Shown here piece by piece: positions 26,988 to 41,311 of a DNA stretch of 64,000 nt. The first letter of the stretch is position 1. Every line of letters begins with the position of its first letter. Location of the stretch: positions 32,178,001-32,242,000 of the forward strand of contig NC_043010.1 in assembly GCF_006345805.1 (NCBI RefSeq). The letters run 5' to 3'. The stretch comes from Octopus sinensis (taxonomy: Eukaryota). A program made the position numbers and the translations under genes. The notes beneath the pieces were generated by a model. The model searched no databases. It had not been told where the DNA came from and saw only the letters and a program-made list of their open reading frames with translations.

Positions 26988-27780
26988 CCTCAGTGCATCT
27001 TTTCAGTTCACTTTTCCAGGTATTGGTCTCTCTTTCCCTTCCATTTCTTTGATATTCATTTTTATTTTCCAGTAGTTTAATCTTTTCTCCATTTTGTTTT
27101 TTAAATGTTTTTGGGTGTGTCACATTTTCACTTGGCATCATGTTGCTATTTCTAACAGCAACAACCAAAAGTTCAATCTGCTGTTTGATGTACCATCCCA
27201 GAATGTTTTCCTCATTGACATCACAGATCTTGCATCCTGTGAGACCTCTTCCTACGTTATATCTATACATATGCAGTCTATCGATATCACTTTTAGGATG
27301 CAGTTCTTTGTTCATTGTCATCATTTTCCTGGTTTTTCTATCCTTTTCCTCAAGTTGTTCTTTGTCCACCAAACAACACCTGTACTGTATTGTATTAAGG
27401 AAACAGCCCATGCATTCATTGCCCTGATAGTAGACTCCTTCCATTGAGTCTACTATCCATAATTAATTTGGATCTCCTGAGGTATTCCCATGTAAAGCTT
27501 TCCTTCATCTTACTCCCCTTGATTTTGTCGTACATATCCATCCATCCCAACATCTTTGATTCTCTTGCTATTAGGTAGTTCTACACCATCAGAAGACACC
27601 GCTTTGCTTTTTTTTTATAATAAGAATACCACATTTTTTAATCTCAAATTCCATCCTGATATACTTACTGAATATCTGTACTGTCTGACATCTGGAATGT
27701 TGTCATATGTTCATTGCCTTCTACCAGCTGAACACTGCAATAGGTGGAAGTTCCACTTTAACAATATTTAGAGAGCTAGT
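26988..27780 (-). pseudogene. R4/Dong LINE RT-thumb region (upstream half of the 25680-26313 element)
   Basis: DRKTRKMMTMNKELHPKSDIDRLH...GRGL, ending in SELKRCTE, which joins in frame to (A)LICNAQEQ at 26313. Confidence 0.85.
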
Positions 27781-27962
27781 GGTGGATAAGAATGATGATA
27801 TTCTTGGGGAAACTCTTGGCATTGACAAGGTTGAATTATGGTCTGTTCAGTAGAACTTGAAGACCAAGGATTGCTATGGATAACTTTTAGAAATATTTGG
27901 CCTAGCAGCACTACTGAGAGACACTACTAGTTAAAAATAGACTCTACAAGCATGGAAATACC

Positions 27963-28195
27963 TATTTCTTTACTACCCACAAGGGGCTAAACATAGAGGG
28001 AACAAACAAGGACAGACAAAGGGATTAAGTCGATTACATCTACCCCAGCGTGTAACTGGTACTTAATTTATCGCCCCCGAAAGGATGAAAGACAACGTCG
28101 ACCTCGGCGGAATTTGAACTCAGAACGTAGCAGCTGACGAAATACCGCTAAGCATTTCGCCCGGCGTGCTAACGTTTCTGCCAGCTCGCCTCCTT
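27963..28195 (-). mobile_element. Young tRNA-derived SINE (family A) with 16-bp TSD
   Basis: CpG-rich; B-box-like gagttcaaattcc. TSD caagcatggaaatacc at 27947-27962 and 28196-28211. Confidence 0.92.
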
Positions 28196-29344
28196 CAAGC
28201 ATGGAAATACCACCAAGCAGCACTGTCAAAGATGCATGCAGAGTGATAAAATCATGCAGCATGCAGTAATGTAGTGTTCAAGCATTGCTGACTTGTGGAG
28301 TTATGTTGTATGTAGGATGGATATCGCTATCAGCTGAATACATACTGTAGATAATCTTGCAAGTATTATAACATAGCATCCTATATCTTCTCACATTTAG
28401 AATTTCCAGCTTATTCTTAAGATTCTCACAATTTCTGTTGTTATTTCTCCTTTTTCCTCATAACTAGATATCCTTGCAGTATATTTGTATTTGTCTTGTA
28501 CACAGAAAACCAGTTTTGCTTGTTTTGGTGCTATTTTATTAATTTTCCATTATTATTTATCTGATTACTTTGGTAGTTTTACAGTGGGTAATAAGTTTTC
28601 TACTACCCTGCATTCGTGATAAATATAATCTTTCTCTGTTAGATTTTGGGCTGCGTATTCTAAATGTAGTCAATTTTCTTCCTTTATATCTAGTGTTGCT
28701 ATGTCCAACTGAGAATTGCATAACCATGTATCATTACTGAGATAGCTACAGTATTGGTGTCTCTTAGTTTACTTTTTGCATTTAACTCTGTTTTAACATT
28801 TAAATTCCTACAGTGATCTCTTTCCTGTTAGAAACTAGAGATTTTGATGAAAATGCAGTTAGTCCAGTATAAAAGCATAACTATGGTATAAATTTGAATG
28901 AAAGTTGGTGATAGGATGTAATGATTGTTGGTGTACATTGGGAATATATGATTTACCTGTTGTCATATCATTGTCACGTGTAGAATATAGTTAAGACAAT
29001 TACAGGTAAATGTTTTTACATATATTGAAGATATTGGTTTCTAGGCATCATTTTTCTATCCTGGAACTGAATTTGTGCTCAGAATTCTCTGTAACTTGAA
29101 AACTGCACAACTTCCATTAGCAAAAGTATTCAGAGATACACTTTCCTCTTTTCTATTGATGTAACGAAAGTGACATCGTCTTGTTGATGTGCATACCTTG
29201 TCGTTTCAGCGTACATCTTGGCAAAACTTTTCTTCAGGAAAATGTTAGAGAAAATGTTTAGTAAGTTTTGCTTCAAAGTTCAACTATTTTGTAAGGCTCA
29301 CATTACTAATGGAAACATCACCTTGTGTGCATTGGGAGCATGAA

Positions 29345-32300
29345 ATGAGTTGTAATAAATAGAGATTGACTCTATTCATTGAAATGAACAACTTTTTGAC
29401 TGTATGTCTGTCTTCCTCATTCAGAATATGCAGAAATACAAAAATTCAAAATTAGAAATGAAAATCCTGCATTACTTTCTGGACAAAAAGGCGTCATCAG
29501 TTTTCACCTGTTCATAACTTGTAGCAAGGAAACAGAAAAAAATGAAGAAAGAAAGAAAAAAAAAAAGAACCCAGTCAAAAAGTTTTGTGTAAATCTGATG
29601 GAATTTCCCTGTCAATTTGTTCATTGCTCCAGGGCATGACATTAGTAATTTACAAATATATTTATCTTTATGTGTTTTAAGAACTGAAAATGCAATGACT
29701 TCAGAATATTTTCTGACAATCAGTACTTTCAGGTGTTCCTTAAATTTACAGCTGTTTGATAAAATGTTTGGCAAGTTCTGTTGAATTATTGTTATTGTGC
29801 CTGACATCATAGCTATAACCATTGAATCTTTATTTAATTTTTCTTTTGCGCAACCAAGATATATCAAGTTATGATTCATACATTCTGCTGTAAGCACCAA
29901 ATGGAAATTTTTGAAGGTCTCATCTTCAGTATAAATCATAACATTTCTGTTATAATTTACTATGGAGTGGACTTATTTTTTTACACAATGAACAGGGCTT
30001 ACCTTGCTTGCAACTGTTTTTAGGGATACAGTATTCAGAAACTCCAATGGAGTTTTTATTAAGATAGGGGCTAACATCTGAAGAAATATTTGCATGAAAT
30101 AAGGATATTTTTCTGAAATATGTTGGTAACTTTAATGGACATTTTAGAAATACCAGCGAAATTTCAGTGTCAGTTAATCACTAAAGGAATACAGTCATAA
30201 ATTTTACTTCATATGCTAAAATTAGGAGTGAAAGTTTGATTTTCTTTGCTAATTTTAGCTATGTCATTTGCAATTTCCTTCAGTTGTGATTCACAACAAC
30301 TTTTGACACAATGGTACACAAAAGTATTTGCATGTTTCTGATAACCCTCTATGTCAGTACAAATCTGTTTTATCTTCAGAAACTGGGATTTTGGATTTGA
30401 CTTATTGTCTCATGTGGATGGTTGGAACATGATATCAGGCACACTAACAGTAGGTATCACTATGAATTTTTGAAAATATTTAAATGTAATTTCTACTGTA
30501 CTTTTTCTTGGAAAGTATGCAAAAAGAAACATTTTGATACCTCATTTGTGAAATTTGGATGAATATTTTAGGAAATAGGACAGGTCAAATGGTCAGTGAA
30601 TTGGTTGAAATCTTGTCTGATTGCTCTAAATGGTAATTAGCCATATTTGTGATGTCATATTTTTAAATCTGAGGTGATAAGCATCTCCAAATTACACAAA
30701 TTAATAGTGTCCATGGTATAGCAGTTGCCTTTTCTTTTTCTTTTTTCAGGTTCTTGAAAATAAAACTTTTTTTGGCAATATTTATGTAAAGTTTGTATTG
30801 TTACATGTAATAAACTGTTGATTTCATGTTGTTCTCAGACCTAGCTAAATCAAAAAATACAAACTACAGGGACTTGAGTTTTAATATATTTGTAGTAGGT
30901 ATAGAACTAAATATTTTCTGAGATTTGGGGGCATGATATCATTTCAATAAAATTTTAATGGACTATTAAAAATGGTGGAGTTTTGAATCAGGATGCCCAC
31001 ATAAGTTGGATTTTCTCCTTTTTGACTGGTATTTTTCCAATGTATTTTTTCACCACTGCCTTGAAAATGATGGGGGAGAAGGAGTGAACTTTTTATGAAA
31101 AAATTTTTTTTTGAAAATTAATGTTTTTTTTTCACCTGCCCTCTTGACCGATTTTGGCCAATATATTTTTTTTATACTACACACGTGAAAACAATGGGTG
31201 AAACCTTTACAGAAAAAAACGGAAAATATTTTCAAACAAAAGGTGTCTGATTTAATGGAGATTTAGCTGTTGTTTCTAGTACATTCCACGACCACCTGGC
31301 ACCTTTCACAGAATTGTATGCAGACCTAGATTAAAAAACAACAAAATATGAAAACTAATTCCTTCATTTAGCATTAGAAACATCTGTAACTTAGAATAAA
31401 CTCATTTATAGGAGCAAGAGATTAAAAAAGAACAATCCAAAATGAACTAGCACTACTTGTGAATATATAATCACTACCACAAATTATCTGACTATATTCA
31501 AAATCAAGGGGAAAAAATCACTTCAGACTTTAATAATCTACAAATAATATTCATTGCACAATATAATTTTTATTGATGAAATTTGACCAATATTTCTCAA
31601 ATGAAAATTAAATTTACATGTACAAGAATATCTGCTAGGTAAAATTTGGATGTTGCTCTCCACAGCAAGAGGGAATAAACAATAGATGATTCCATGCTAA
31701 TTTTGGACTCTAGAAGACTTATGTAGCTCAATTTAGTGCAATTTTCATAGAAATATGTTTACTTAGTAATTAATTTGTCCATTTGAAATTCTTCTCTAGC
31801 TCAATATTCGAAGCCTTAGATTCATGTTCCATTTGACTTCTCAACATGCATTAATCCTATATGAGCAACTGTGGTAGCACTATCCTCTTTATTGATTTTG
31901 CACTTTTAGCCACATCATGACCAGATTTGGCAGTGACTGTTTATATTTGTGAGAAATTGTTCTTTCTTATGATATAAAAATCTCAAAGAAAATATGTTCT
32001 TTTCACTTTTCATAATGATTATCTGACCTACCTCCATTGATTTCTGTAACAAAATAAAGCAGAAAAAGTCCTCTTTAGGACTGTGTGATTTTCAGCACAA
32101 ATCAAGTTATAATGCCTCAGTGCATTGAAGTAGGATGAAAGCTGTCATCTAGCAGTCAAAAATATAAAAACTGGACAAAGTTTGTGAATGGGCAGAAATA
32201 TCATGATGATTGAAGGGCACTGGCACAAAATGTGACAGATTTTGATCAAAACTATATGAGAAGAAAGAACTTTCTAATGATATATAATTTTCCACCGAAA

Positions 32301-32878
32301 AAAAAAATATTTTGACACGAAAATGATCAAGCAAAGAGTGTGTGTTTCTGCATGGCCAAACTGTGCTTGTCTTCCTTCTACAATGCTCTATAGTGATAAT
32401 AGTGATACATAATAACAATAATTTGATGAAACTTGTTGAATATTTTCTGAAATAGTTGTAAATTTGAGAAACACCTGAAAGTATACATTCTCAGAAAATA
32501 TTCTGTTACCATTGTACTTTCGGTCCTAAAAGCACATGAGAATAAATATATTTGTGAATTACTAATGTTACTCCTTGGGGGAATGAACAAAATGGTAGAA
32601 TTCCATCACATTTACACAAAACTGTTTGACTAAGTGTTCTCTTTCCTGTTTTCCATGTTCTTACTTTCTTCTTTTCTCTTTCTTTTCTTTGTTACCAGTT
32701 GTGAACAAGTGAAAATTAATGACATCACTTTGTCTAGAGAGGAATACAGGCTTATTCCACTTCAAATTTTAAATTACTGTATTCTGCATATTCCTCATTT
32801 TGAACCCAGGGAAGACAGACATATTGAAATTTTGTTCAATTCAATAATTAGAGTCAATCTGTATTTATTACACATCAT
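29345..32878. repeat. Diverged ~480-bp inverted repeat pair (29345-29825 / 32380-32878)
   Basis: Examples are gtcaaaaagttttgtgtaaatctgatggaatt versus aattccatcacatttacacaaaactgtttgac, and tactttcaggtgtt versus aacacctgaaagta. The ORF track mirrors this (TSYEQVKTDD on -, TSCEQVKIND on +). Confidence 0.8.
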
Positions 32879-33246
32879 ACTGTCCTCTTCCTCCTCATCT
32901 TCTTCCTCTTCTCCTTCTTCCTCTTCCTCCAGTATGGATATAAAATGGTTTTCCATTGTTTTTTCTTCATGATAACTGCGAAATTCTGACAAAAGGTCCG
33001 TGTCAGATAGTAGCTTTCTAATATGAGTTATTCTAAGGAGGAAAGATTTTAGGAGTACTTGCATGTTTGCCTTGATATTCAGCTGTTCCAGGTAATATGA
33101 TTTTTTTTTTTTTTAAGGATTGAACCTAATGCTTCGAGGAGAACTGGTACAACTTTCACTTTTGTTTCTGGATATCTCTACTTTTAAATCTTTTGAGATT
33201 CTCTTTACTTACTTGTTTGCAATATATATATATATATATATATATA

Positions 33247-33462
33247 TTGGTAAAAACGGTAAGATAACAAAAGAAAGAAAGAGACCTCAATATTATGTAA
33301 ATAGAGGAATTTATCTGTAAAATAATATGTGACAATTATTCAGTAGCCAAGATAAAACTCTGAGTTTCGGAGTTTCGGAGATGGTGGTGTGGATTTCCAC
33401 CTCGGCGTCCGAAACTCAGAGTTTTATCTTGGCTACTGAATAATTGTCACATATTATTTTAC

Positions 33463-33467
<5 letters not shown>
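33247..33467. mobile_element. PLE-like terminal fragment with perfect 60-bp inverted repeat
   Basis: Arms 33312-33371 and 33408-33467 are exact reverse complements around a 36-nt spacer; the element lies between (TA)n tracts. Confidence 0.75.
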
Positions 33468-33511
<44 letters not shown>

Positions 33512-33734
33512 ATATATATTTGTCTGAAAGGATTAAAACATCTGTTATAAGGCATTCTCTTTTTTATTATCATGTATGATGATCTTTGGTTTCTTGTGAA
33601 ATGTTTAATTGTTTTATCTGTCTCATGTCTTGGTTTACCAGGGTCATTCACACCTTTTCCTGATACATGAGTGTACAACTTGTTTGAAGTATTATAGTCA
33701 TACTTTTTTTTAGAAAATGTTGAATTTAAATAGA

Positions 33735-34000
33735 AGCAAGTCTTACCATGACATCATTTGTATTCCTTCTGCACTAACATTTCATGGCCTTCTGCAAGAT
33801 AATCAATATTTCCTACTTGCACTTGTTTAACAAACAAAATGATGGAGTAAATACTGTTGTTCACTGAAATAATGTTTAGTACCCTGATCTTGAGCAGCCA
33901 CCCACAAACTCTCAGTTTTTCTCTTTAAATCTTTGAAGCCACTCCCACAATGAGTCAGGATTTTTCACATTCTTGATGTCTCCATGGCACTGTTCAAGTA
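33735..34000 (-). mobile_element. Highly decayed R4/Dong LINE fragment
   Basis: Minus strand reads DLKRKTESLWVAAQDQG and MLVQKEYK*CHGK (compare AQEQA and LAQKEYKRRHDK). Confidence 0.6.
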
Positions 34001-35201
34001 ACAGCATTTCTTTCAGCATTCCCTTTCTTTCACAAATTGTTCTGCTTTGGTAAGTTTTCTTCTATTCAAGTAAGTCCTAGTTCTATTGCAGCAGATTATA
34101 TTATTATTTTTGTCTTATATAAGAAACCATCATTTGGAATTGATTCCATGCTACAAATGCTGATTTTATCTGATTTTTTTTCTTTTTGCAACAAGTCATA
34201 TAGATGCTGTGACCGTTTTTTTTCCAACTACAATTTATCATCATATTTTTCATTCTTATTCATAGTATCGATAGTGTACATATTGTCAGGATCTCTCCTT
34301 AAAACTGTGGAGCCATTTAAGCTTTATCTATTTATGCTTAATAAAACCTGTGAAAGTCATAATGAAATTCTTGGTTTCAGCTCTCGTTGCTAACATTGTT
34401 GCTTCATTTCAACACTGCCATTTTTTCTTCTTCCAGATCCAAAGATTATGGAGGGACATTCAAGAGAATTAATTTCACAGAAAATGCTCTGATATATTAT
34501 TATTTTACATCTAATGTCAATCACAACAAGGTTTGTGTTTTATATCTCCATTAGAATTTTAGATTTATTATTCCATTCTTGCATGATTCGGATCTTGTTT
34601 TGCGAAAGCAAATGCTTTTTTTTTCCTTACAGCATTTCCTACAATAAACTATGAAGTTGAATCTGTTCTTATTTGTTTAGCTTCCTTTTCATAATAGTAG
34701 GGGTGTGAGTTGAGTAAAATTTGACTGCATTGTTGATTCATGGAATAAGAACCGAAACTGCTCTTCTTGTTAGTTAAGCAGTGTTATGTACTCAGTAGTA
34801 CAGCACAATGACTACTATGGTAAGAGGTGACCAACACCTGTACAGTTTAAGTTGGTTGGCCATTTGGTCTTCTACCTTAAACTGTACAGTTGGTGGTTTC
34901 TTTACACATCCAGCTCCTCCTTGTTGTTGATTCATTTTCTTTCTTTTTTCTTTACCTTGTTACTGTCAAAATTTCGGTGTGTTTGACATGTTTGCTGTAT
35001 TTGTGTCCATGCATACACAAATGCATGTTTATGTTGTATAAAACTCACCTTGAGATAACCATACACTAATATTTTTACAGTAAAGCTGTTATATGAAAAC
35101 GTTTATGTGAGAATATAATTTTGCATTTTCATTTTCATATTTTGATACATGATAGTAATATTTACCTTCTATGTTAAAAACTAAAATTGATTTCATTCAA
35201 G

Positions 35202-35232
<31 letters not shown>

Positions 35233-35459
35233 GTATGTATGTATGTATGTATGTATGTATGTATGTATGAGTGGATGTATGTATGTATGTATGTATGTAA
35301 GTATGTATGTATGTATGTATATATATATATATGTATGTATTAATCAAAAATATATTAATCAAGTATATATTAATCACCTACACCACTAAATGGTATATAC
35401 AGGTGCTTACAATTATCAAGTATTCACCCTGAATTTATGTATGTATATATATATATATA

Positions 35460-36055
35460 AGTTCTTTTCATCTGGGAAGAATCAGATCATCCTGCAGCTC
35501 AACAAGATGCCTCAGCTTGTTCAGGAGTTTCTTTGCCTTACTTAAGCAGTTCTCATTGACCTTGTCTATCGGAATTTGTCCCTTGTGCCTCTTGTATGAG
35601 TGGTAGCCAAAGTTTCTCATTCAGAGCCAGTTTCATGGTGATGACTCCAACACCCATCTCACTCACCAAAGCCTAGATTCCCTTACTTGGATCATCCATC
35701 ACCTTGTCCTGCAGGTGTTGGATGAATTCTGCCATGTGAACACTGTCAGAATGCCTGCTGTGTCCCTTCCTACATCTCACAGCTTCGTAGTCTCCATTGC
35801 AGCTGTCTGTATCATGTCTTACAACCTTTACAGTGTTCCCTGAGCATTGAGCTGCAATCATGATGTCAACATTTTATTATCTGATGCAAATCATCATGAT
35901 ACATATAACTCTTTTCCAGTATTCAGATGGCTTCCAATCCTCCATATCAGCTAACTTTTTTTCAACTACAACTGTAATTCTTATGCTGTTGACTGTTCAC
36001 CAATGCATCAAGCTGTTCCTGAAAAGAGAAGACAAAATATTGTTAGAGTCCACCT
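35460..36055 (-). mobile_element. Truncated Tc1/mariner-superfamily (maT/rosa-like) transposase 5' part
   Basis: Minus strand reads ..EFIQHLQDKVMDDPSKGI, RALVSEMGV, SYKRHKGQ, KAKKLLNKLRH, then breaks at (TA)n near the first catalytic D region. Subfamily assignment is tentative. Confidence 0.65.
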
Positions 36056-37676
36056 AAACACTGTGTGTGTGTGTGTGCATGTGCATGTGTGCATGTGTGA
36101 ACCCTAAAATGTATACAGAAAATTCCCAGAGTTTTTCAAATACATGATCAATGGCAGAGAGAAAACAAATTATAATCTAAAGCATGTGGGTAATGTAGAT
36201 AATATGTTGTTAACAATCAGTGAACTGTCAAAAATGAAGGTGTAAAGATGGAAGCAGTTAAATAAAACTGGGCATCAAATTGTTCCCCTAGAGCCCGCTG
36301 TTTTATCCTGTTGTGTGCAGACAACACAAAACTCTAGCTAACATTAATTTTTAAATGAAAAACATTGCCAAGCAAATTAAATCATCCAGTATTCCTCTTG
36401 TCCATTACAAAGGGCGAATGGACAAGGCATTGTGAAATTGTAGTTAGAAAAAGTAGTTACAACATCTATATGGCCTATTGCTAAAAGAAAAGGATAGAAA
36501 CAGCATTTGTAGTATGGAATCAAATCCAACCCCACAAAATGGAAGCAATGAAGAAGAATAATTGAGTGATTAAAAACTAAAATGGCAGCAATTCTCAGCA
36601 TTTTAATGTTGCAGTTACAACCAGTGAATACATCTTTCAACAAACCACTACAAATGTTTTGAACAAGTGGAAGTGGAGTGGAACAAGGCTGAAAGAATTC
36701 ACTGTGACTTAAGTATGTCAAAGTGGTTAAGTCATAGGCAGCTAGAAATAATAACCACACTCTTACAAAAAATGTTGACTCGGTAAGAAAGTGGCTAACA
36801 ATAAGATAATCTTCTTTATGAAGATAACAATAATCCAGAAACAGCTAACAACAGTGACTTTGGTGTAGATGACAACAATAATTTATGCTTTGATAGATAT
36901 ATATTTAGTAAATTAAACATGGGGTCTTCAGGTATCTGTGATATCCTTGAGAAACATATTTCATATTATAGATTAATCTTAAAATGAGGAGGTGATGGAA
37001 ATCTCTTTCTTTTTATTAGTGACATTTTCTGTTCCTCTCTTACACACACTCTTCTTCTTATTATAATGGAGTTGAATAGTTTGGATTTTGATAAACCCTG
37101 TGGATAGTTCATAGTAACCATCTCTGATAATAATTTTTTTTTAATATTCAGCTATTATGTTCTTAATTATAGAGTTTACAAGTACATTCTTTCATAATAT
37201 ATTTATCATTCATTAAAATTTTTTTTCCAAAATATACCTTGCTAATTATAGGATCTGTCACATCACTTTTGATGTTTTATGAACTGAGAATTATGGTACT
37301 TATTGATTGGTTTTTAAAGTCTTTCACAACACAATTGTGGCTTTTTATAATTGTTCTCCATTGAAAAGGACACAGTTGTATTGGACAAAGCATTTTAGTT
37401 CTGACTGAACGTGCTTATATAATAAACAACTGCAAGTTACTATTTTAGAATGAATAACTGTTATTCCAATCACAGAGGATGACTGGAACCTGTGAGCTAA
37501 CAAATAATGTGCTCATAAGTTTACTCTATTCTTTTATATATGTTTACTTGCTTATGACAGCCCAAGGTGGTGACAGCATCAGTCTAGGACATTCATTCTC
37601 CCCCACCTCTGGCACATTGTCTCTCATGTAAGAGGACATGGCTGACAAGATCAATATGAGAGAGGCACTGACAACA

Positions 37677-38110
37677 CTGGCTGTTTGTACACATGCATCA
37701 TACAGTCTACCATTTACTCTGGGCAAGAAGCCTTTTGTCACCAGCAGAGGTAGGAGCTCTCTGAACTTTGCCCAGGCTATTCTTATTCTAGCAGCTACAC
37801 TATCAGAGTATCCAGCCCTGCTACTGACTTGGTCCCCTAGGCAACAGAAGCTATCATCAACTACTTGTAGTTTTTCTCTCTGGAATGTGACAGAAGCTGT
37901 TCTCTACACATTTTCAGTGTTTATAGCACCTGAGCATTTGCCACATACAAAAACTATCATCCCAGTTAGCTTTCCTTTGATATTATTGCACCTCTTATGT
38001 GTCCATAGCTTACACTGGGTGCATCTTATGGAGTTTCTGCCTACACCTTTTCTACAGATCGAGCAGGGCCAGATACCTCAAGGGATTTATGGTTTGTCTG
38101 TCTTCCTACT
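37677..38110 (-). mobile_element. RTE LINE fragment
   Basis: Minus strand reads ARIRIAWAKFRELLPLLVTKG..RVNGRLYDACVQT; homologous to 53100-53500. Confidence 0.85.
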
Positions 38111-38723
38111 CTTTTGTAGTTGATAATTTTCTTCCATTATTTTGAAAAACTTGAATATTTTGAATGCTCCATTTCCACATTTGGTACCTGTAAAATTCAC
38201 ATCAGAAGAAGAAATAATGCAGGTAACAAAATGCAAAGATTCTTGTGGGGTGCGTGAAATAATTGAACAGAGTAATACCAAAAAATTAAAGAATGGGTAA
38301 GAATTGAAGGTTAATGCAAAAATGGATTGCAAGACAAAGCATCTCAGTTATGCATCAGGATTTGTATCATTTTGTTTTTTAAGACTTGTTTTATATAATC
38401 AATAATTTTTAATGCAAGGAAATTTTTCTTCATATATCATCTACTAAATAAATGGAACTGTATGTGTGTCAAGCCCTGAAGGGCTCTGAAACAGTGCAAC
38501 CTTGAGAAAAACGAATTTGATTTTTGAAATCTGTCCCAAAGAGAATGTTACCCATAAATAATAATAATAAATATAATTTACTACGAGATATAACTCAAAT
38601 TTTAGATTTAAAAAAACTCTATCTGTCACCATCAATCTCTCTATCTCTATATATTTACCTCACTCTTTATCATTCTCTCTCTCCCCCTCTCTCTCTCTTT
38701 CTCACTCACTCTCTCTCTTTCAC

Positions 38724-38773
<50 letters not shown>

Positions 38774-40198
38774 ATATAATATATATATATATATATACAT
38801 GTATATATATATACATATATATATATACATATGTATTAACTCATAGTTTCTTTCATTTTGTTTAAAACCTCATCTTCTAATGTTATGATACGCAGCTATC
38901 ATGTATTTATCCTGTCTTCTGTTTAGGTAAAAAATGATGAAACTTTAATTCTCTGTAATATTTTTCTAAACTTTTTGCTGGAATTAATGAATCACAAAAT
39001 CAGATTCAATGTGAAAAGCTACATCAGTATACCAAATTGTCAATGTCTTTCATTTTTCACTTTTCTTAAAGTAGACTTCCCCATCTCTCTATATATATTT
39101 ACCACACTCTTTCTCACTCTCTGTAAAAGTATAGTACTCATGCCAAGTGTGTGTGTGTGTGTGTATGTTTGTCCATGTGTGTGTGTGTGCATGTAAGAAG
39201 TTCCATCATAGTAAAAGAATGGTTTAAAAAAGTATATGAAAGATAATTTATTTTAATAGCATACTTTTCTGTAATATTTTTCTAACACACACACACACAT
39301 ACACACATGCATGCACACACACACACGAACATGCTTGGTGCTGGATGGGGTGGTTAAAAATTTAAATTAAAAAACCTTTGTAGTTGCTTAAATCCTAACA
39401 GGTTGACCACCACATCATCATTCCTTAAAATGTGCTTATGGGGAGAGGAAAATATTGAAAAACTTTAATATTTACAACGTGAAATAATTCAACTTTTATA
39501 TTAACAAGTACCAGGTGATTGTTGGATGTGCTAGAAACAACAGCCAACTCTCCCTTAAATCACCTTTTGTCTTAAAATTATTTTGAAATTGTAAGCTGAA
39601 ACAAATTCCAGATTTGGACTGTTTGTAATTTTAAAAAACATTTCGAAAATATCCCAGAAATTTTAGGATTCATAGGGGATGCAGGATTAATAATAAAAAA
39701 AATTAATTTTATTTTTGTTTATAAATTATGCCTCATTTACTGTTTGAAAATAAAGGAAGTGGGAATTGTAATGAGGTTTTCCGAATTCCAAAACATTATT
39801 TTTTTCTACTTTCAAAGATTCTCCCATCATTTTTGAGTGTGTAGTGTAAAAAAAAAGTTGGACAAAACCAGTAATGAGTTGAGGAGTAGGGGAGGGAGTT
39901 GAAAAAAATAAATTTTCTGAAAAATTTGTTTTTTCTTTTATTGGAAAGGCATCTCCAATTGTTTTAAGTGCACAGAGCAAAAAAAAAATATTGGACAAAA
40001 CTGATCTCGAAGTGAGGAGGGAGATTCATAAATTTCAAAAAATGTTTTTCATAAAATGCTTCCCTCCATCATGTGCAAACAAAAAAATTGAAAAACTCTT
40101 GTCAAACAGAGAAAACCCTACTTATGTGGGTGTGCAATTCTGAAAGTCCATCAAGGTCTATTGTGAAAATTAGCTGGCAACAACGGAATACTCAGATA

Positions 40199-40237
<39 letters not shown>

Positions 40238-40644
40238 AACACACATACATATCCTTTTCTCCTTTCTTTTCACTTTTTCTCTCTCTTTCACTTCATTCTT
40301 TTTTCCCTTCTCAATCTCATTGCGAACCAGATTGTGCCATCATTTTCAATCATTCTATTTCATTCCCTAGCTTTCCTTTGACCTCAAAATCATCATGTAA
40401 AACACTTATCTTATATTTGATATCATATTTTTCTTTGTCTTGCTTCTTGTAGTATTTTTTTTCTTTTTAACATGTTTATTTTTTGGCATATTCATCCTCA
40501 GCATGCACTTCTTTTTCTTTATATGTCTGTGCTTTTTCAAGCATGTGCATTTGATTGTTGAACTTCATGTAACTATGATTTTTGTCATCTCTTTGTTGCA
40601 TAGTCTTTCTTGTGTGTGAGTGTGTGTATGTGTGACCTTGAAGA

Positions 40645-40719
40645 GGTTTTGGGGGTCTGATGACATGCGATAAAGCTAAACCCTTTATGGGCAGGAAACC
40701 CAGGATAATCCCATAAACC
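40645..40719 (+). ncRNA. Type-I hammerhead ribozyme motif (degenerate stem III)
   Basis: Stem I ggttttgggggt/atcccataaacc; CTGATGA at 40657-40663; bulged stem II (tgc/gca, ataaag/ctttat); GAAA at 40695-40698; stem III A-CCCAGGA-T with a C.A mismatch; H17=A40707. Confidence 0.65.
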
Positions 40720-41253
40720 AGCCTTCCCCATTGAAATATTCACTGCTCTTCCTCTTAGAGTGTGCTTCATCTCTGGATTTATGTTTTCTACAAACAATAT
40801 ATATATTTATATATATATGCACACATATACGTGTATATATATGCACATATACATTTATGCATGTATGTACATCAATATTTTTTTTTCTTTGCCGTAAGGC
40901 ACAATTCCTAACACGCCAGTTGAATTCAATTCGTTTCCTAGTCGAGAGACACCTGTTGTGATGTCCTGTTATTATTATTATTATTATTGTTTTTTCGTAT
41001 TATTTTTATATTTATATTCATGTAACATCGTCCGTTTTTCCGTCCTTGTTTTGTATACATTCGAAACTTTTTGCCAAGGAATCTAATGCTGTTAGCTTGG
41101 GGCTGGCCAGATTGGAGCAATCTCAAGATTAATCAACCGAAATTGCGAGGATGATCTGGTTCTTGACTAAAGATTAAAGGCTTCGAATGACCCATCCATG
41201 TTTTTTGTATCGTCTTCTGGATGTTTTGCGTTCTTGTTCCATTTTGTATTTTC

Positions 41254-41308
<55 letters not shown>

Positions 41309-41311
<3 letters not shown>

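Noticed and set aside
29190-29245. Minus-strand CTGAAGA...GAAAC possible hammerhead
   Set aside because: Stem II is weak and there is no complementary stem I.
29472-29939. 155-aa minus-strand ORF
   Set aside because: It lies in an inverted-repeat arm whose homologous arm is frame-disrupted, and it has no recognisable domain.
41150-41200. CTAAAGA...CGAAT degenerate hammerhead in a TA-flanked CpG-rich segment
   Set aside because: Two core changes and unclear stems; it cannot be supported without a family consensus.
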